A stretch of DNA of 64,000 nucleotides from the human T2T-CHM13v2.0 reference genome, Homo sapiens. Each line of letters begins with the position of its first letter. Position 1 is the stretch's first letter. The notes beneath the pieces are model-generated. The model worked only from the letters and a program-made list of their open reading frames with translations, had not been told where the DNA came from and did no database searches. Below are positions 38,197 through 51,687 of this stretch, piece after piece. The stretch lies in assembly GCF_009914755.1 (NCBI RefSeq), contig NC_060926.1; one strand, given 5' to 3'. Made by a program: the position numbers and the translations under genes.

Positions 38197-38709
38197 GTAA
38201 TTTATACTCTCTCTAGTTAATAATCTCTTATGTGCTTTAATAATTTAAACCAATTATCAATGGGAAAGTCTATAGTGTATACTTCAATGATTGCTTTTCG
38301 TATATTTCCTTCTTTCTTTCATGCCGCATGCCACTTGTCCTCAATGTGTCTCCAGTGCCTATTATCGTTGTTACACACATAAAATAACTGCCTCAGCTAG
38401 GGGAACATGACCTTGACACTGAGAAGAGCAGTCCTTTAAAGGATAGCTCAATTAAAACCTAAGGCTTCCGCTCCTGATTGGATTTCATTACTATTCATAA
38501 GACCGTGTGGTGCTGAGCCACGTGTTCAAGGGGTCCTCAAGGCTGGTTTCAGATAAGGTGCATTAAAGTTATCAGTGGGATGCCTGCCTGGAGCCTGCTG
38601 ATGCTGAGTCACCACAAAGCTCATTAGCCTGACTTGGCTCACGGAGGTTTTCTGCCTCCAAATGAACATACGTAGCTCTCTCTTAGATGGGGAACACCTT
38701 GAGGGAGGC

Positions 38710-38945
38710 TGTGCAATGGACTAGTTAGGAGCATGGGTTATTATGTTCACACTGATCTACGTCTGAATTGCAGGTCTGAAATGTAAAAGCTCGTGGTCTT
38801 GAACAATTTATTTAAATTCTCTGAACTCAATTTACTCATCTATAAAATAAGAAGAATCATATGTTCCTTGTAAAATTGAGGCAGTGCCTATAAAATGCTT
38901 AGCAGAGTTTCCAGAATACAGTAAGCTCTGAAACTATTAATAATA
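38710..38945 (+). mobile_element. MIR SINE, near full length
   Basis: ggtcttgaacaatttatttaaattctctgaactcaatttactcatctataaaataag...aaaatgcttagcagag...cagtaagctc. Confidence 0.8.
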
Positions 38946-39659
38946 CAAGGAAATGGCTTCCTTTTCTTTATATATACCCAGTGTTCATCATGACCATTCA
39001 CTGCTGAGATAAGACTTGGATAGTGAAAACCCAGCTAACATAAGGTGGGGTGATGGGGGAAAATGCCATAGTCAGTGATTCATTGTTTAGGAAAATAAGA
39101 GAAATGCAAACAGGAACAGCGGGGGAGGCTTTCTTGCAGAAATGGAATGTGAAGTGAATTGCAGAGGTGGGCTATGGACATGGAAACTCTTCAAACAAGC
39201 AGGAGTAATGATTTGTGCCAAGTCAAGAGAAAGTACTTCATGAGTGAAGCATGTTTAATTCAAAGGTTAAGAGATCTGAACTGTTCAGGAGGCCAGAGAG
39301 AGGATCATCAGTAGAAACCGCCTATAAATTATCTGAAGGCTGCAGAAAGGAGGCCCAATCTGAATTATATGCCAAGTTCCAAGTAGTAACCCTAATACTT
39401 TAAAGGCAAGTCTTGATGATTTTTATTCCCCCATACAAATGGCTCTCCTGCTTCATCAAGAATACGTAAAATGAACATGCAATGCAAGGACATATTATAG
39501 AATGACATGGGAGCCTTGTCATAGGGGCGAGGTGTGAGTGAGGGAGAGGACTTAGAAGAGTATCGAAAACCTGCCACTTTGGGTAGGTTATGCTGAGTGT
39601 CATTCCTTCTAACTATACCTTGAAAATATCAACTCTGCAATATTCTAGTGATTCTAGGG

Positions 39660-39867
39660 CAGGATTTCTCAACTTCAGCACAATTGACATTTTGGGCCAA
39701 ATAATTCTTGGTAATGGAGGGGTGTCTTGTGTATTGTAGGAGCCATCTGTGGCTTCACCTGCTGGATATTAGTAGCAACTTCACAATAGCGCCAACTGAA
39801 AATGTCTCCAAATATTGCCAAATATTTTTTGAGTGAGGAGCAAAATCACCTGAGTTGACAACCACTT
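39660..39867 (-). mobile_element. MER20 (hAT-Charlie) DNA transposon
   Basis: TIRs caggatttctcaac / gttgacaaccact; internal attgacattttgggccaaataattctt and aaaatgtctccaaatattgccaaat. Confidence 0.9.
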
Positions 39868-40240
39868 CTCTACAGAAGTGATACTTCTCTGTGGAGACAG
39901 GTATACCTAGAAAACTCAGTAAGTAGTGTCTGAAATCTCTGATCCGGACTCTAGTTTATGCTGAGGGTTAGCTCTGGCATTTGTGAGTCTAGTTGCTATT
40001 GGTCTGTTGGCAAGTGGGCAGGTACCATGATGTGACATCATTTGCTTTGGTCTGACACAATCAAGGCAGGTTAAACTTTCAGATGGAAAAATAATCTCCA
40101 AATTTAATTAATGCTTCTTGGCAAAGAGCAGCAAGATTGGCTTATCTGTACTATCCTACACCAGGGCCAGGCATGTTTTCAGCATGGTTGTGCTGGTTTC
40201 ATGACATCACAGCTTTGACATGCATTACTGGATCTTGTGA

Positions 40241-40631
<391 letters not shown>

Positions 40632-42879
40632 GGCATTTTAACAGCACTGGCTTTAGGTAGTGTTGAGGAAGATTAAATATAAACCTCATACAATTGTTCT
40701 AACTGATCCACATTTAGTGCGGCTATTTGAAACCACGATTCTGGCATTTTCTTACAATATCCAGGTTCAGGATATGCACATAGAGGCGAACACATGCCTC
40801 CTAAAATGCTTTTATAAAGAGTGGAACAAAGTTCTAAAATCTTAATCACTCGCTAATCACAAATTGTGTCATCCCTCCTATTTGTATCAAACTCTTCTGC
40901 AATTGTTATTCTTGCCCGAAAGCATAGGTCAGCATTGCTGACCCTCAACAGGGTCAGGGTCAGCTCCATAACTCGGATGAAGTGTGACTGCCTGGGAGCC
41001 CACTGACAGCAGCACCAGCTACCAGCTCTCAGGATGCCCATTCGTCTGGATCATAACTAGAAGACCAGGCACAAAAACAGAGAGGCAGACAAGCCTTCCT
41101 TTTATGGGGCTGGGATTATCCATTGTGGATTGCTCTCTTTCTCTTAACTTATGTTTTTATTTCTCTGTTTTAGTAAGCTGTTTTCCCAATATTTCCAACA
41201 CGCTAGTCTACATTTGTCTTTCTTCTTAAGTTTAGTATCTTAGCCAATGAGCCAAAATTATATTCAAGACTAAATGTCAAGCCCTACAAAGACTACAGGT
41301 GAAGTAAAACTTCTATAGTTCAGTGTACATTCTGCTTTAGCCTTATCATTTTCTGATATTCTAAGTTCTTTGAATTAATTTTCCTCCCTTTGGTTGCCAA
41401 ACCAGATGAGATCCTTGAGACAAGAGCTGAAACCCTAAAAGACACAATTTCGTGAGTTACTTAGATCTGGAGAGGGCAACTTCAGAGTGACGAAATAGTA
41501 CAATGAAATACTATAAAGGGTTCCAGTGTTCACATCAAGTGCAAGTTTCCAAGTACCAAATACGTTGCTCTTGAACTCTGAACTCACAAAGACTGGAGGA
41601 TGGTTGACACTACATGACCTCATTTTTAGCTTTCAATATTGATTTTTAAAATTTCTTACTATGGAAGAGATAGCCCATCTGTCCTTTAAGAAATTAATGG
41701 CTTTAATGCCATGAGTTTTAATGTAAAGTTTTCAATTACCATTGCTGTTATTTGGCACACATAGAATAAAAAACATAAGTCCTTTCTTCTGACTGATTGC
41801 TCCATAGGACCTACTTCTGTCTTTTGCTATTTAATATGGACAGCTGCAGAGCCTAAGTGACAACTGCCAACACAGAGGAGAAAGAAAAGGGTGGTAGTCA
41901 TAAAAATTGTTAAGCTGACCAAGAACAAAAGCCCATTATAAGTGATAGAACATTATCTGAAAGAGGGTCTGAGTACTCCTCACATTGCATATATGATCAG
42001 ATCTCTCTCCCACCTGAGCAAAGCAGTTTCACTTGCTTACTACTGTTTTCTTACATGTCAACATTGATTTATTGACAGATGGAGGACACACAAGCACCAT
42101 GATGCTGTGAAGTTTGCTGTAAGAATAAAAAAACATTCCCAGCCTCGCAGACGACGCTTGTTACTAATCACCACATTGCTGGTCATCAGATCCAGGGGAG
42201 AGGGTAACTAGTGGGCAGTGTTAAGCCATTTGGCTCAAGAGTTCAAAGGATGAAAAATCACAGCTGCTTCCCTTATAAGCCATAAGGGCCAGATCGCTAC
42301 AAAATGCAACTTATGAGAGTTAAGGGAGGACTAAAATGAACACGGAAAATTGGAGCTGCCTTAATTTGCTGAGCCAGCATATGCTACAGAATAAATAAAC
42401 TGTGCAGGCAAAACCCAGGCCACACAGAGGCTCCCCTCCCTTCCCAGGCAAGGGTCTTGAAGAAAGAGCTGCTCATCTCCTAGCCTATCAGCTGCTGGTT
42501 GAGCCCACATAGGTTCCTGTGCCTGGAGTATGGGTTTGTGGCTCTCTGTGGGCAAAAAGCATCTCCCTGGACTGGGGAGAAAGTCGGCAGGGGATATTAC
42601 GATGGGCAGGATTGCATTACAGGCCCAGAAATGCAATGGATTTATCTGATGCTCAAGATGCATCTGAGCCTTGTGTTCCTGTCAGTGCTTCCTCCTTTTG
42701 TTATTATTAATACACAGATTATCACTTACCAACTCCCATGAGCTCTCTGACTCTAAGGAAAACATTTCTCTCATCATCAGCTAATGAGAACATTTTGTCC
42801 CTGTAATCCCTAAAGAAGTGTACTCCTCTCCTAATTAATGAACAAATATTTATTGAGAAGCTTTGGCACACAATCTCAC

Positions 42880-43135
42880 TGCCATTCCCTTGGAGTCTCT
42901 CCTCCGCTCCTCAGTGTTCTCAGAGAACTCATTTTGCTTGCACTTCTGAAGCATGTTTGTTGCACTGTATGATCATTACATGTCTACATGTCTGATTCTC
43001 TCACTAGGCTGAGAGAGCTCTCAAACTCAGGAGCCCTATATTCATCTCTGTAAGTTTAGTAGCTAGAATGAGTCCTAGCAGAGAGCAGGTGCTGAATACA
43101 TAGTTAAGGAATAAATGCGTGAATAATGCATAGAT
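42880..43135 (+). mobile_element. L2 3' end
   Basis: ctcactaggctgagagagctctc...tattcatctctgta...gcaggtgctgaatacatagttaaggaataaatg. Confidence 0.65.
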
Positions 43136-45123
43136 GGTTCTCATCTCCTTGGCCCTGTGAAAGACATAAGAACAATGCAAGCCACATCCTCTACTCCTGG
43201 AGTAGCTCAGAGTCAAAGTGTGGGTCCCATGAATATAAATACAGCAGATGATTAGTTACCAAATAGATTCAGGTAATGAATCTATCAGAAGGGTCTGGAG
43301 GTGGCGATCAGGATATGCTGGAGAAACCGTGCAAGATGTACAGGGTGATGGAGCTTGAGTTGCATTTGGAAACTGGAAATCACGGTTTTGAATTCCTGGA
43401 AGATGATAAGGAGACACGGCCCTCCCAACTTGCTGGTTTTTCTTTCAAGGCATTCAGAAATGCAGGGCTCATATCTGAAATGAAAAGTCCGTGATGTTCT
43501 TTTTAGTGGTATACAGTCTTTTGGATTGGGGAAGGTCAGAAAAATAATGACACTGTGAATTCTATTAGGGAAAGTTTACCCCTCATCTGTGAAAAGACAG
43601 CCTCTAAGTCACCATGAGTGTTCTGTTACTAGGCTTTGGCCCCTTCTCGAACCCCTGTCCTTTTCTGTTTTTTTACTTCACTGGGCTGGGGAGACCCAGG
43701 GCGGGGGGCGCTGTAGCCAAACATTCTCAAAGTGTTTGAGACTATAAAATTCATGTACATGGGGAGACTGTGAAGGTGGCAGCAGAAAAACATTTTTTAA
43801 AAAAGGAAAAGATGGCAGACGGTCTTTGATTTAAATGGAGGCCAGATCTAGCTTTGCCTTCCACAGCTACCCTTGCTACGTGCTCCTCCCTCTTGGAGGT
43901 GCCACTCAAATGAGCGTTCTAAAAATCCTCCTGGCTGCAATGTCCACTGAGAGCCAGGATTGCCTGTGCTCCTGTCTTGTCCCTCCTCTAGGTCAGCATC
44001 CTGCATCTGGCCTGCCCTATCTGACTGATGCAGCAAGGATGCCTTCTCTGTTTCCTTCCATTTTTCCTCATGCATGGACTAGACCCAGCTCTGCTCCACC
44101 TGGCCCAGGGAGTTCATGGTGTGTCCTAAGCCACATCAGTCACACCTAGAACCTTATCCCTGACCAAGGCCTGGCATCACCCAGTGAGAATCCCCCATTG
44201 TCTTTCTTTCAGAATGTGATGGGTCTTCTGGGTGTGATATTTGCATGAATCCTTAGAGAAGGAAACTTGAAAAGATATAAAGAAAACTTGTAAATAACTG
44301 ACTGAAAGAAAGCAAACTTCTTTACTGCTACTCTTCATGGTGCCTTCCATGTGGCTCCTAGGGATATCTTAGGAACCAGGCAAGATGCAGAGGAACATTC
44401 TCTTCTGGCTCCTCTTTGTAAGGTCAGTACTTTCCCCAATTCCCATACAAGGGTGGTTTCTGGACTGGCAACCAGAACTGCCAGGCTACTATTAGGTGTG
44501 GTCCTTGGAGTTGTGGGGAAAAAAAAGAAAAAACTTTCCAATTTAACATTTATTTTTACTCAGAAGAGGTGTGCCTCTCTTCACACAGCCTGGCCCACAC
44601 TCTTTTTCAGTGCTGCCCTATATTCCAAATGTGCACCTGGACAAGCACTTGCAAATATGAGGGCTGCATTAAAGGAAGTCAGGCAGAAAGGTAAAGCCAG
44701 GCTGTGGACCTAAAATAAGATATATGGCTTCTGCCTCATGCTCATTTTGATGTGGTTTCTGCGGGGATCATCATCTGTGGGGTGACATCAGACATTGTCA
44801 GCAGATTCTGCTGTCTTTTAGCTAAGGGGTAGCGTGAGCATAGGGCCATAAGTTTGGAAGGGAAGAGACAGAGTCAGAAGAATGGCCTTGGGACACAAAG
44901 TAGACTGATAGCTGACACTCCTATGGCCCCAGGAACACTTGTGAAATGTTTGTGAACATAAGGAATAGCCCAGAAAACAAAAGCACAAACACACAGTAGA
45001 GGAAAGCCTGCCATGTGACCACTCCTCCTCCAGACATGGGATCCTCGCTCTTCCCCTCACCCAGGGAGAGGCATGCAGAGGCCTCTTTGGTTTTTAGAAG
45101 AAGGAGAGATGATCTGGACATTC

Positions 45124-45306
45124 GAAAGAAAGAGATTCGGTCTAGAAGTTAGAAACCATGGGTCCCAGATGACCTGTCTCAGTGTGATGTTGAGTCGCCT
45201 CCATCCTTATCTGCTGAGTCTTAGTGTTTCTCATATGCAAAATTAGAGACTTGAAGAAAGTGGCCTCTAAAGAACCCTGTGGCTATAATGATCTGTGAAT
45301 CTATGA
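45124..45306 (+). mobile_element. MIR3/MIRc SINE
   Basis: tagaagttagaaaccatgggtccc...gtttctcatatgcaaaatt...ctctaaag...ctgtgaatctatga. Confidence 0.6.
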
Positions 45307-45524
45307 CATCACATTAAGTGGTTGAGAGGAGAATTCTAGTGAGGCACATTTTTATTTAAAGTGTGGATTCTCCATTATAGAGGGAGAGAGTTCTAGGCGG
45401 CAGCTACTTCAGCTTCTCCTCAGGATAGCTGGCTGGACATGAGGCTCCTGGCACCCATGTTCACTGGTAGAGCCCAGTCCATTGATTTTAGGCAATGCAT
45501 ATTAGTAAAAAGGATGAGCACATA

Positions 45525-45830
45525 TTATTCATTAATTTACCTATCAATTAAGTAAATGCTCTTCAATGGCTCTTACAAACTGGCTCTGTGCTGGGGATGT
45601 AAGAGAAACAAAAGCAAACACAAGACACGGTCTTTGGCCTCAAAGAGCTCACATCCAGTGATGGGGATAGAAGTGGCAGCTCAGGAGGGGCTCCAGCCTA
45701 GAAAGGCAGCAGAGAAGCTTCCCTGGCAGAGGATTTCCAGAGCTGACTTTTGAGGACTGATTGGACTTTTGACAAGATGGAGGGTGAAGGTGGGGGAGTG
45801 GGCAGGTAAGAGACGGAGGGTGTTGAAGAC
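45525..45830 (-). mobile_element. L2 fragment
   Basis: ttattcatt...ggctctgtgctggggat...aagacacggtctttggcctcaaagagctcacatccagtg. Confidence 0.7.
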
Positions 45831-47531
45831 AAAAGGACCCGCTTATTTGATTATCCTGTTGGGAGGGAGTCTGAACAGAGGTAGAAGGAGATGAAACATG
45901 AAATACTTCCTATCTTTGATGCCCCTGCCTTAAACAAGGGAAAAGACAAACAGTGAGAATAAAGAAACCTGAATCTCAGAGCCATCCCTGTTCCTGCCAT
46001 GCTTTGTGGCTTTGTGCGTCTTGCCCGGGGTGCGTTCTGCAGCTTCTGGACGCTTATTATCCATAATAATCATAATAATTAATAAAACCTTTTAAAGGGG
46101 CCTTTAATCATGCTTGTGATTTGCTTCCAAACACATAATAAAAAAGAATTACTTATAAAAGTGACAAATTTGTTCCTAATTATACCATTATTTTGTTATG
46201 CAATACAAGTAAAGCAATCTTTGAAGGTGGAAAAATGTCTCATGCAGAATTAATTAGAACAGTACATGGTTTGGAATTAGGCAATTATTTTACTGATATT
46301 TCACAACTAGAACTTTATAAGAGCACCTCAAATATTTTCGTTATTGCCAGTAAATAGTTATTTTAAACACTTACTGGTATGAGTTCCAGAGATAAACTCT
46401 GGACTGCTTTTGGACCTTATAAAAATGTTTTTAATCTGAGAGAAAATTTAGAGAATGCACGAGTCATTGTGGCCCCAGGGAAGTTCTGAGGAAGCAGATG
46501 GTAACATTCAGGGAATTCACTTGCTTGATATGACACAGCAAGAGAGAGGCTGCAAAGGGTCCCACCCACTACTCAAACAGAGTCCAGATATCACCAGTGG
46601 GCTAACGAGTAAATCCATAAAGGGAGGACAACAACCAGGTCACATCGTAAGTCATGAGCCAAGACTGTATTTCTCATCTCTGGACTCTCATTCCATTTTC
46701 TTACTTTCTTTAAAAATATAAGCTTATTTTTCATGATATAAACGTAATACCTATTCATATCCAACGCTCTTTCCTACTGCCTTCTGTCCCAAGCCCACAC
46801 TGATGTCTTTATTTCACTTTCGCTGTAGATTAAATAGCCCGTGAGTACTGTCATGCGTTCTTACTTTGCCTCATGCATGTCAAACCTGCCTCCTTCCCCA
46901 TCGACTACAAGTCTGTAAATAAATCAAAGGCTAAGTTCTCTTTTAGTCTTCTGCCTTAACCAGTTCTTGTTCAGGGCTGGGCACATAGCCTAGGCACTTT
47001 GGGACTTACCTAGAAGATTTACCTAGCTCACAGCACCTGACCAGAGCACTAGAGACTCTACTCATGAGGGTCCTATGGGTGGACATCCGGATTCAGAGAA
47101 AGGTTGTGGGTTGGAAGGCGACCATGCTTGTGAGACTCTCCCATCCAGAGGTGATCACCAGCCATCCCAGGCCTCTGCTGGGTGTGGACATGCCCATGTA
47201 GTGACCTCCCCTAGGCCATTGTTTTGGAGCCCTCTACAGAATAGACGGCCTCTTAGTTTCTTGGATTGTTAAGAAAATAACTTCTTTTTTTATTGGATGC
47301 ACATAACTTTATTGGATACATATAATATGTTATACGATCTGCCTAAAAACACCCATGCAAGGCGTTTTCAGGCAGAGCAAACAGCTTGGTAGGTGGGGGC
47401 ATGGGCAGTTGGATCAGTGGATTCCACACTACAAAGGAGAAAGAAAAGGTTGGAGAGGCAAGAGAGAATGAGCAAAAGAACTTTGAGGCCTCTATGGTTC
47501 CCAGGGAAGACTCTGGACACTGTGTTTGCTG

Positions 47532-47569
47532 ACCTCAGCTCTAGCCTGAGGTAAGGCTAGAGCTGAGGT
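47532..47569. repeat. Perfect inverted repeat, 16 bp arms, 6 nt loop
   Basis: acctcagctctagcct-gaggta-aggctagagctgaggt. Confidence 0.95.
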
Positions 47570-48799
47570 AGTTTAGGGTACAAAATGAGGTACTTGCTCA
47601 TTTTGCCCTCGAAAGTAAGGCAATATCAGCTTCAGGCCTCAGTTTCCCAAATTCTAAAATGAAGGTGTTGGCCTGGCAGGAACCTAAGGCTTGTGTGTGG
47701 TGCACTGTACTTATCAGCCCCACCCTGCAGGTGACTTCTCTTTGCTAGAGACAAAGGCACCGTGAGCTTTGAGTAGCTAAAATAATAACGATATTCTTCA
47801 GGCTCCCATGGCAGCTTGCTCAATCATTACAGCTCTCTCACAACTCAGATTTGCTACCTAATATTTAACCTAAACCTTTTCCCTGCTTTTGTTTTAGTTC
47901 ATCACCACTTACTCGGTTCTATCAATCTACCTGTGCATTTCTATGCCCCCTCTCACCACAGTGCTTAGCACCTGTCCTTTCTGAGCAATGAGGTTAATAT
48001 TGAAGGTAAAATCCATTTCGTAGAGATAATGTACTATAGACCTTTCAGAAAAGCTCTCTATGATAATGAGGAATGAGTTACCATGCTGAGGTTGTTTAAA
48101 TGTCATTTATTTTAACAAGTGACACTCTGAATTTATTTAAAGTTGACTACAATGAAGGAAGGGTGGAAAGTTTTAAAGTTTCATGAAACAATAATAGAAC
48201 TGCAAAGCAAGGAGCCCTGAAAGATGGATCTGAACGGCAATCCTGATTACAAGCTCCATGGGAGGGCTGGTTGGGTTGAACGCTTCCTGAGGCTTGTGAA
48301 AGACTCCAGGGATGTGAATAAGGATGTGGCAGAGAGCGCCCTGGCTTGATCACTGAGCTTTGCTTTCTTTTCTATTGTGCTCATGTGCACATATATGTGT
48401 TCATGTATACACAGATGTCTCAGCAGGTGTATGCGTGCAAGTGGGTGAGCTAGAGTGGAAGCATTCTCTTGCCTCTTGATTGTACTATTTAACACACCTT
48501 CCACCACCAAGTCAGGGTCTAGGAGTCCTGAGGCAGCTGCCACTCACTTGTCCATGCTCTCTTGTTTGGCTGGAGCAAGCGCTGTTTGGCTCTCTGAGAA
48601 TGAAGGCCTTATTTTGTTCTCATCTTCACCAATAGGGGCTCACAAATTTAGACACAAAGCTCAATTCTTCCTCATGGAAAAATGGAGTTTGAAAGGTAGG
48701 TAGTGGGCAAAGACTACAGTCTCCTTGGGGAATATACGGGAGGGGCAGAGGCATGACTCACCCTTATCTGAATAAGCTAAGGGTTGTCAAGTTTTGAGG

Positions 48800-49235
48800 A
48801 GGAGATTATTTTGATTGCAAGAAACAGAAACTAGTTAAAGCTAAACAAAAAAAAAAAAAAAAAAAAGAGGGAGGTGGGATGGAAAATGGTATCCCTTGTA
48901 GGACATAAAGCAGCTGGGCCTCTCAGGGCGTGGAAGGAGGGAGTGGAAAGTCAGCAGGAAGCCGTGTAGTAAGGACTCTCCCTGTGTCTTTTGTCTATGC
49001 CTCTCTGCTCATTTTCTCTTTTCATTCTCCCTCTCTCTGGGACTGGCTTTCTCGGTCTCCCTATAGTCATATACTGGGCAGAAGATGGATGCCCAACAAC
49101 TTCCCAAAGCGTATCCTCTCAGTTCCAGTCACACATAGGGAATGCACTGGTTAAATCTGAATCCTAATTTTATAACCCTAGGGGAGACAATTTGATGAAT
49201 TTGTTTTAAGCCAAGAGTCTGCCTCCAATAGCTGA
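48800..49235 (-). mobile_element. Old MLT1 (J/K-like) LTR
   Basis: gattgcaagaaacagaaac...gctaaacaaaaa; tctatgcctctctg...actggctttctc...gaagatggatgcccaacaacttcc. Confidence 0.6.
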
Positions 49236-50919
49236 CTGTTCATTCCCCTTTCCTCTATGGTTTCTGGTTTAAATAAACTACATCTCCCCATTGGCAAATA
49301 GTAATAATAAACTTAAAAAAATAATAAATCATTTGTGGCCAAGAAGACAAGATTTTTTTTAAGTGGGCTTTTAGGGGCTTGTTCCTGCATATAGAGGAGG
49401 CAGAGTTCCTGGAAAGCAACCATTTGACGTGAGCAGATAGCACAAAATATTTTGACTATACCAGAGAACTTCAGAACATGCATAAAGCTGAGCTCAGCAT
49501 CAACTGCAATCTTGTCTTCCTGGATATGGGAGATGGTATATGGTATATGGTAGTTTGCCAATCTAAGGGAAATGCCGTCTGAAGGTGGGTGATTTTTACG
49601 AAGGCTGAATTATAACAGTATTTTTTAAAGTTAAGTAAGTTATTTTCTTTTCACTTCAATCAATTTCCTTATTTGAGCATTTAAGATAATTATAGGCTAC
49701 AGGTAAATTATATAGTATATACATGCTAAATTATAACTCATCTCCACCAATTAATATTTACTGAGCAATGAATGGGCCAAATATGCCAACTTGGGGATTC
49801 AAGACCTGAGTGTAATTAAGCATTTCGGCTGGGAAAGATTATAACTGTATCTTCCCAAACATCCCTCCCTTCTCTCCCTAGTGTATGTGAAGGGAAATGT
49901 AAGGATAATCTGCTAACCCTGAGCTTACCTCTAAAGTTGTTTACAGAAGAAAAAAAAATCAATTACTTTAAATATTTTAGAACCTATTTCCTAGTTACTA
50001 ACCAATGACAATTTATGATGGTCTTAAAAGACAGGCAGAGGAGTCAAATTTAATTGTATTTATTTCCTAATTCCCTAGGGCTTCTCCCGGGTCTCTCACT
50101 GGCAGGCAGGAAGGATACTACAGTGGCCTCCCAGTTTGGTGCTCAGGAGTTTGGAATCTCAGGTGGTTGCAGACTAGAAACTAGTCTACTCCGTATTGCC
50201 GATGGTGTAGCAGGGATATGCAGGGAGGGTTATGGTTGAGCAGAAAATAGATGTCACAGTATATTAACAGCTTTGCAAACTGATTGTGAATAAAGCTGAA
50301 AAGTTGTTTAGCTCATGATAAATTTTGAAATCCAGAATTTGAGCATCAAACCATGGTGCGGATATTTATTTTGTAAGAATTATTACTATCATGTGGAAGG
50401 ATAACATGATGCCCGTCAATTCTGCATTTACCAACCTCCGTAAGACTAATTCTCTTTTCAAATAAGATTGACACATAAATCTCAAGGATGATCTGAGTCT
50501 CTGGGAACTCTCCTGGCAGGAAGAGAGGGGATGGTAGAGGGAGTCAGAGAGGGAATCAGAGAAATCTAGAACCTAATTGACAGTATGAATACATGATCAA
50601 TGTGTGCAAAGCATTCCCCATTTGTGCCTGTCTGCATTTAAATGATGACTTATTTTCTCTCCCTACTCATTACCGGCATCGGCTTACATAAAGGTTTTAG
50701 GAGCCATCAAGATGTATGTGTTCATGGATTCCTTTCTAAGCCTTGTAAGCCCCATGTTTCACCCCATATTTGGATTTCTGATAGCTCTACATATTCCTAT
50801 TGTCATTAGAGATCCTCACCTTTAGAGCGATTTCTACTTTCCGAGCTCCATTCTATAGGTTTTCTCCTTTGAATCTCAAAATTATCCAGAGAGAGGCAGT
50901 GCCTGGGCCATTACTGCGT

Positions 50920-51350
50920 AGACATTAAAGTACTTGCTCAAGGTGATCATGGTTGTCAGGGGCAGAACCCAGACTAGAACTCAGATTTCCCAATTCCCAG
51001 GCCGGTGCTTTTCCTACCATATGAAGGGCAAAGCAATGTACACACTGAGATCTCCCGGCCAGAGTCCACATCTCACTCATCTGGGCATTCCCATGACCCA
51101 GTACGATGCCTGGTATGTGGTCAGTGTCTATGATGCTCATAGGCTCAGGGCAGAGAGGACAGAACTTTGCATGAGGCAACCTGAACTATAATTCTACAGC
51201 CAGGTGACTGTGTTACATGGCCCCTTTCTCCCCTGGCTAGGTCTTTATTTCTCTCCTATAAAACTGGGGCAATACGATAAGCCCTATCTACTCAGGAGTT
51301 GTAATGATGGACATATATGGAAAGAGTAGGGTAATGTTAAGAAAAGAGAA
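50920..51350. mobile_element. Cluster of MIR(-), L2(+) and MIR(+) fragments
   Basis: ttaaagtacttgctcaaggt...ggggcagaacccagactagaactcag; cccagtacgatgcctggtatgtgg; ctataaaactggggcaat. Confidence 0.6.
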
Positions 51351-51687
51351 AATACTCAATGCTCAATATTTAAACATAAATAGGTATAAAAAATGATTGA
51401 TTTTGATTCCCAGAAAAAATCTTCAGTGGCCTTACAGAGAGTGGTACCCTGTAACCTTTGACCATAAATTCATGTACTGCTAAAGCCCTGAGAACTCGTG
51501 GTCTCTGCATAGGAAGTGGAAGTAAGGCTATGCTTGGTCAGTGAAAAGGGAAAGTGAATATGAGATGCAGCAGGTATAAGCCAGCCAGGCTTGGTCTTTT
51601 TAGAAGAAAATTGAAGGCAAGTCTTAGGCATAATCTCCATAATCCATATTTTGGAATGGAGAAAAGCATATTGTGCTTCTAAAAACA

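Noticed and set aside
43696-43713. ccagggcggggggcgctg as a CTCF site or promoter
   Set aside because: The 5' half of the CTCF core matches poorly; it is an isolated GC box with no CpG island.
47289-47326. Short two-copy tandem duplications (19 bp here; similar ones at ~5923, ~54089, ~58212 and ~58539)
   Set aside because: These are ordinary slippage duplications with two copies and no spacers, so they are not CRISPR-like or another array.
47564-47585. tgaggtagtttaggg resembling the let-7 5' end
   Set aside because: Only the first 9 nt match the let-7 family, and there is no let-7-like precursor hairpin with a complementary 3p arm.
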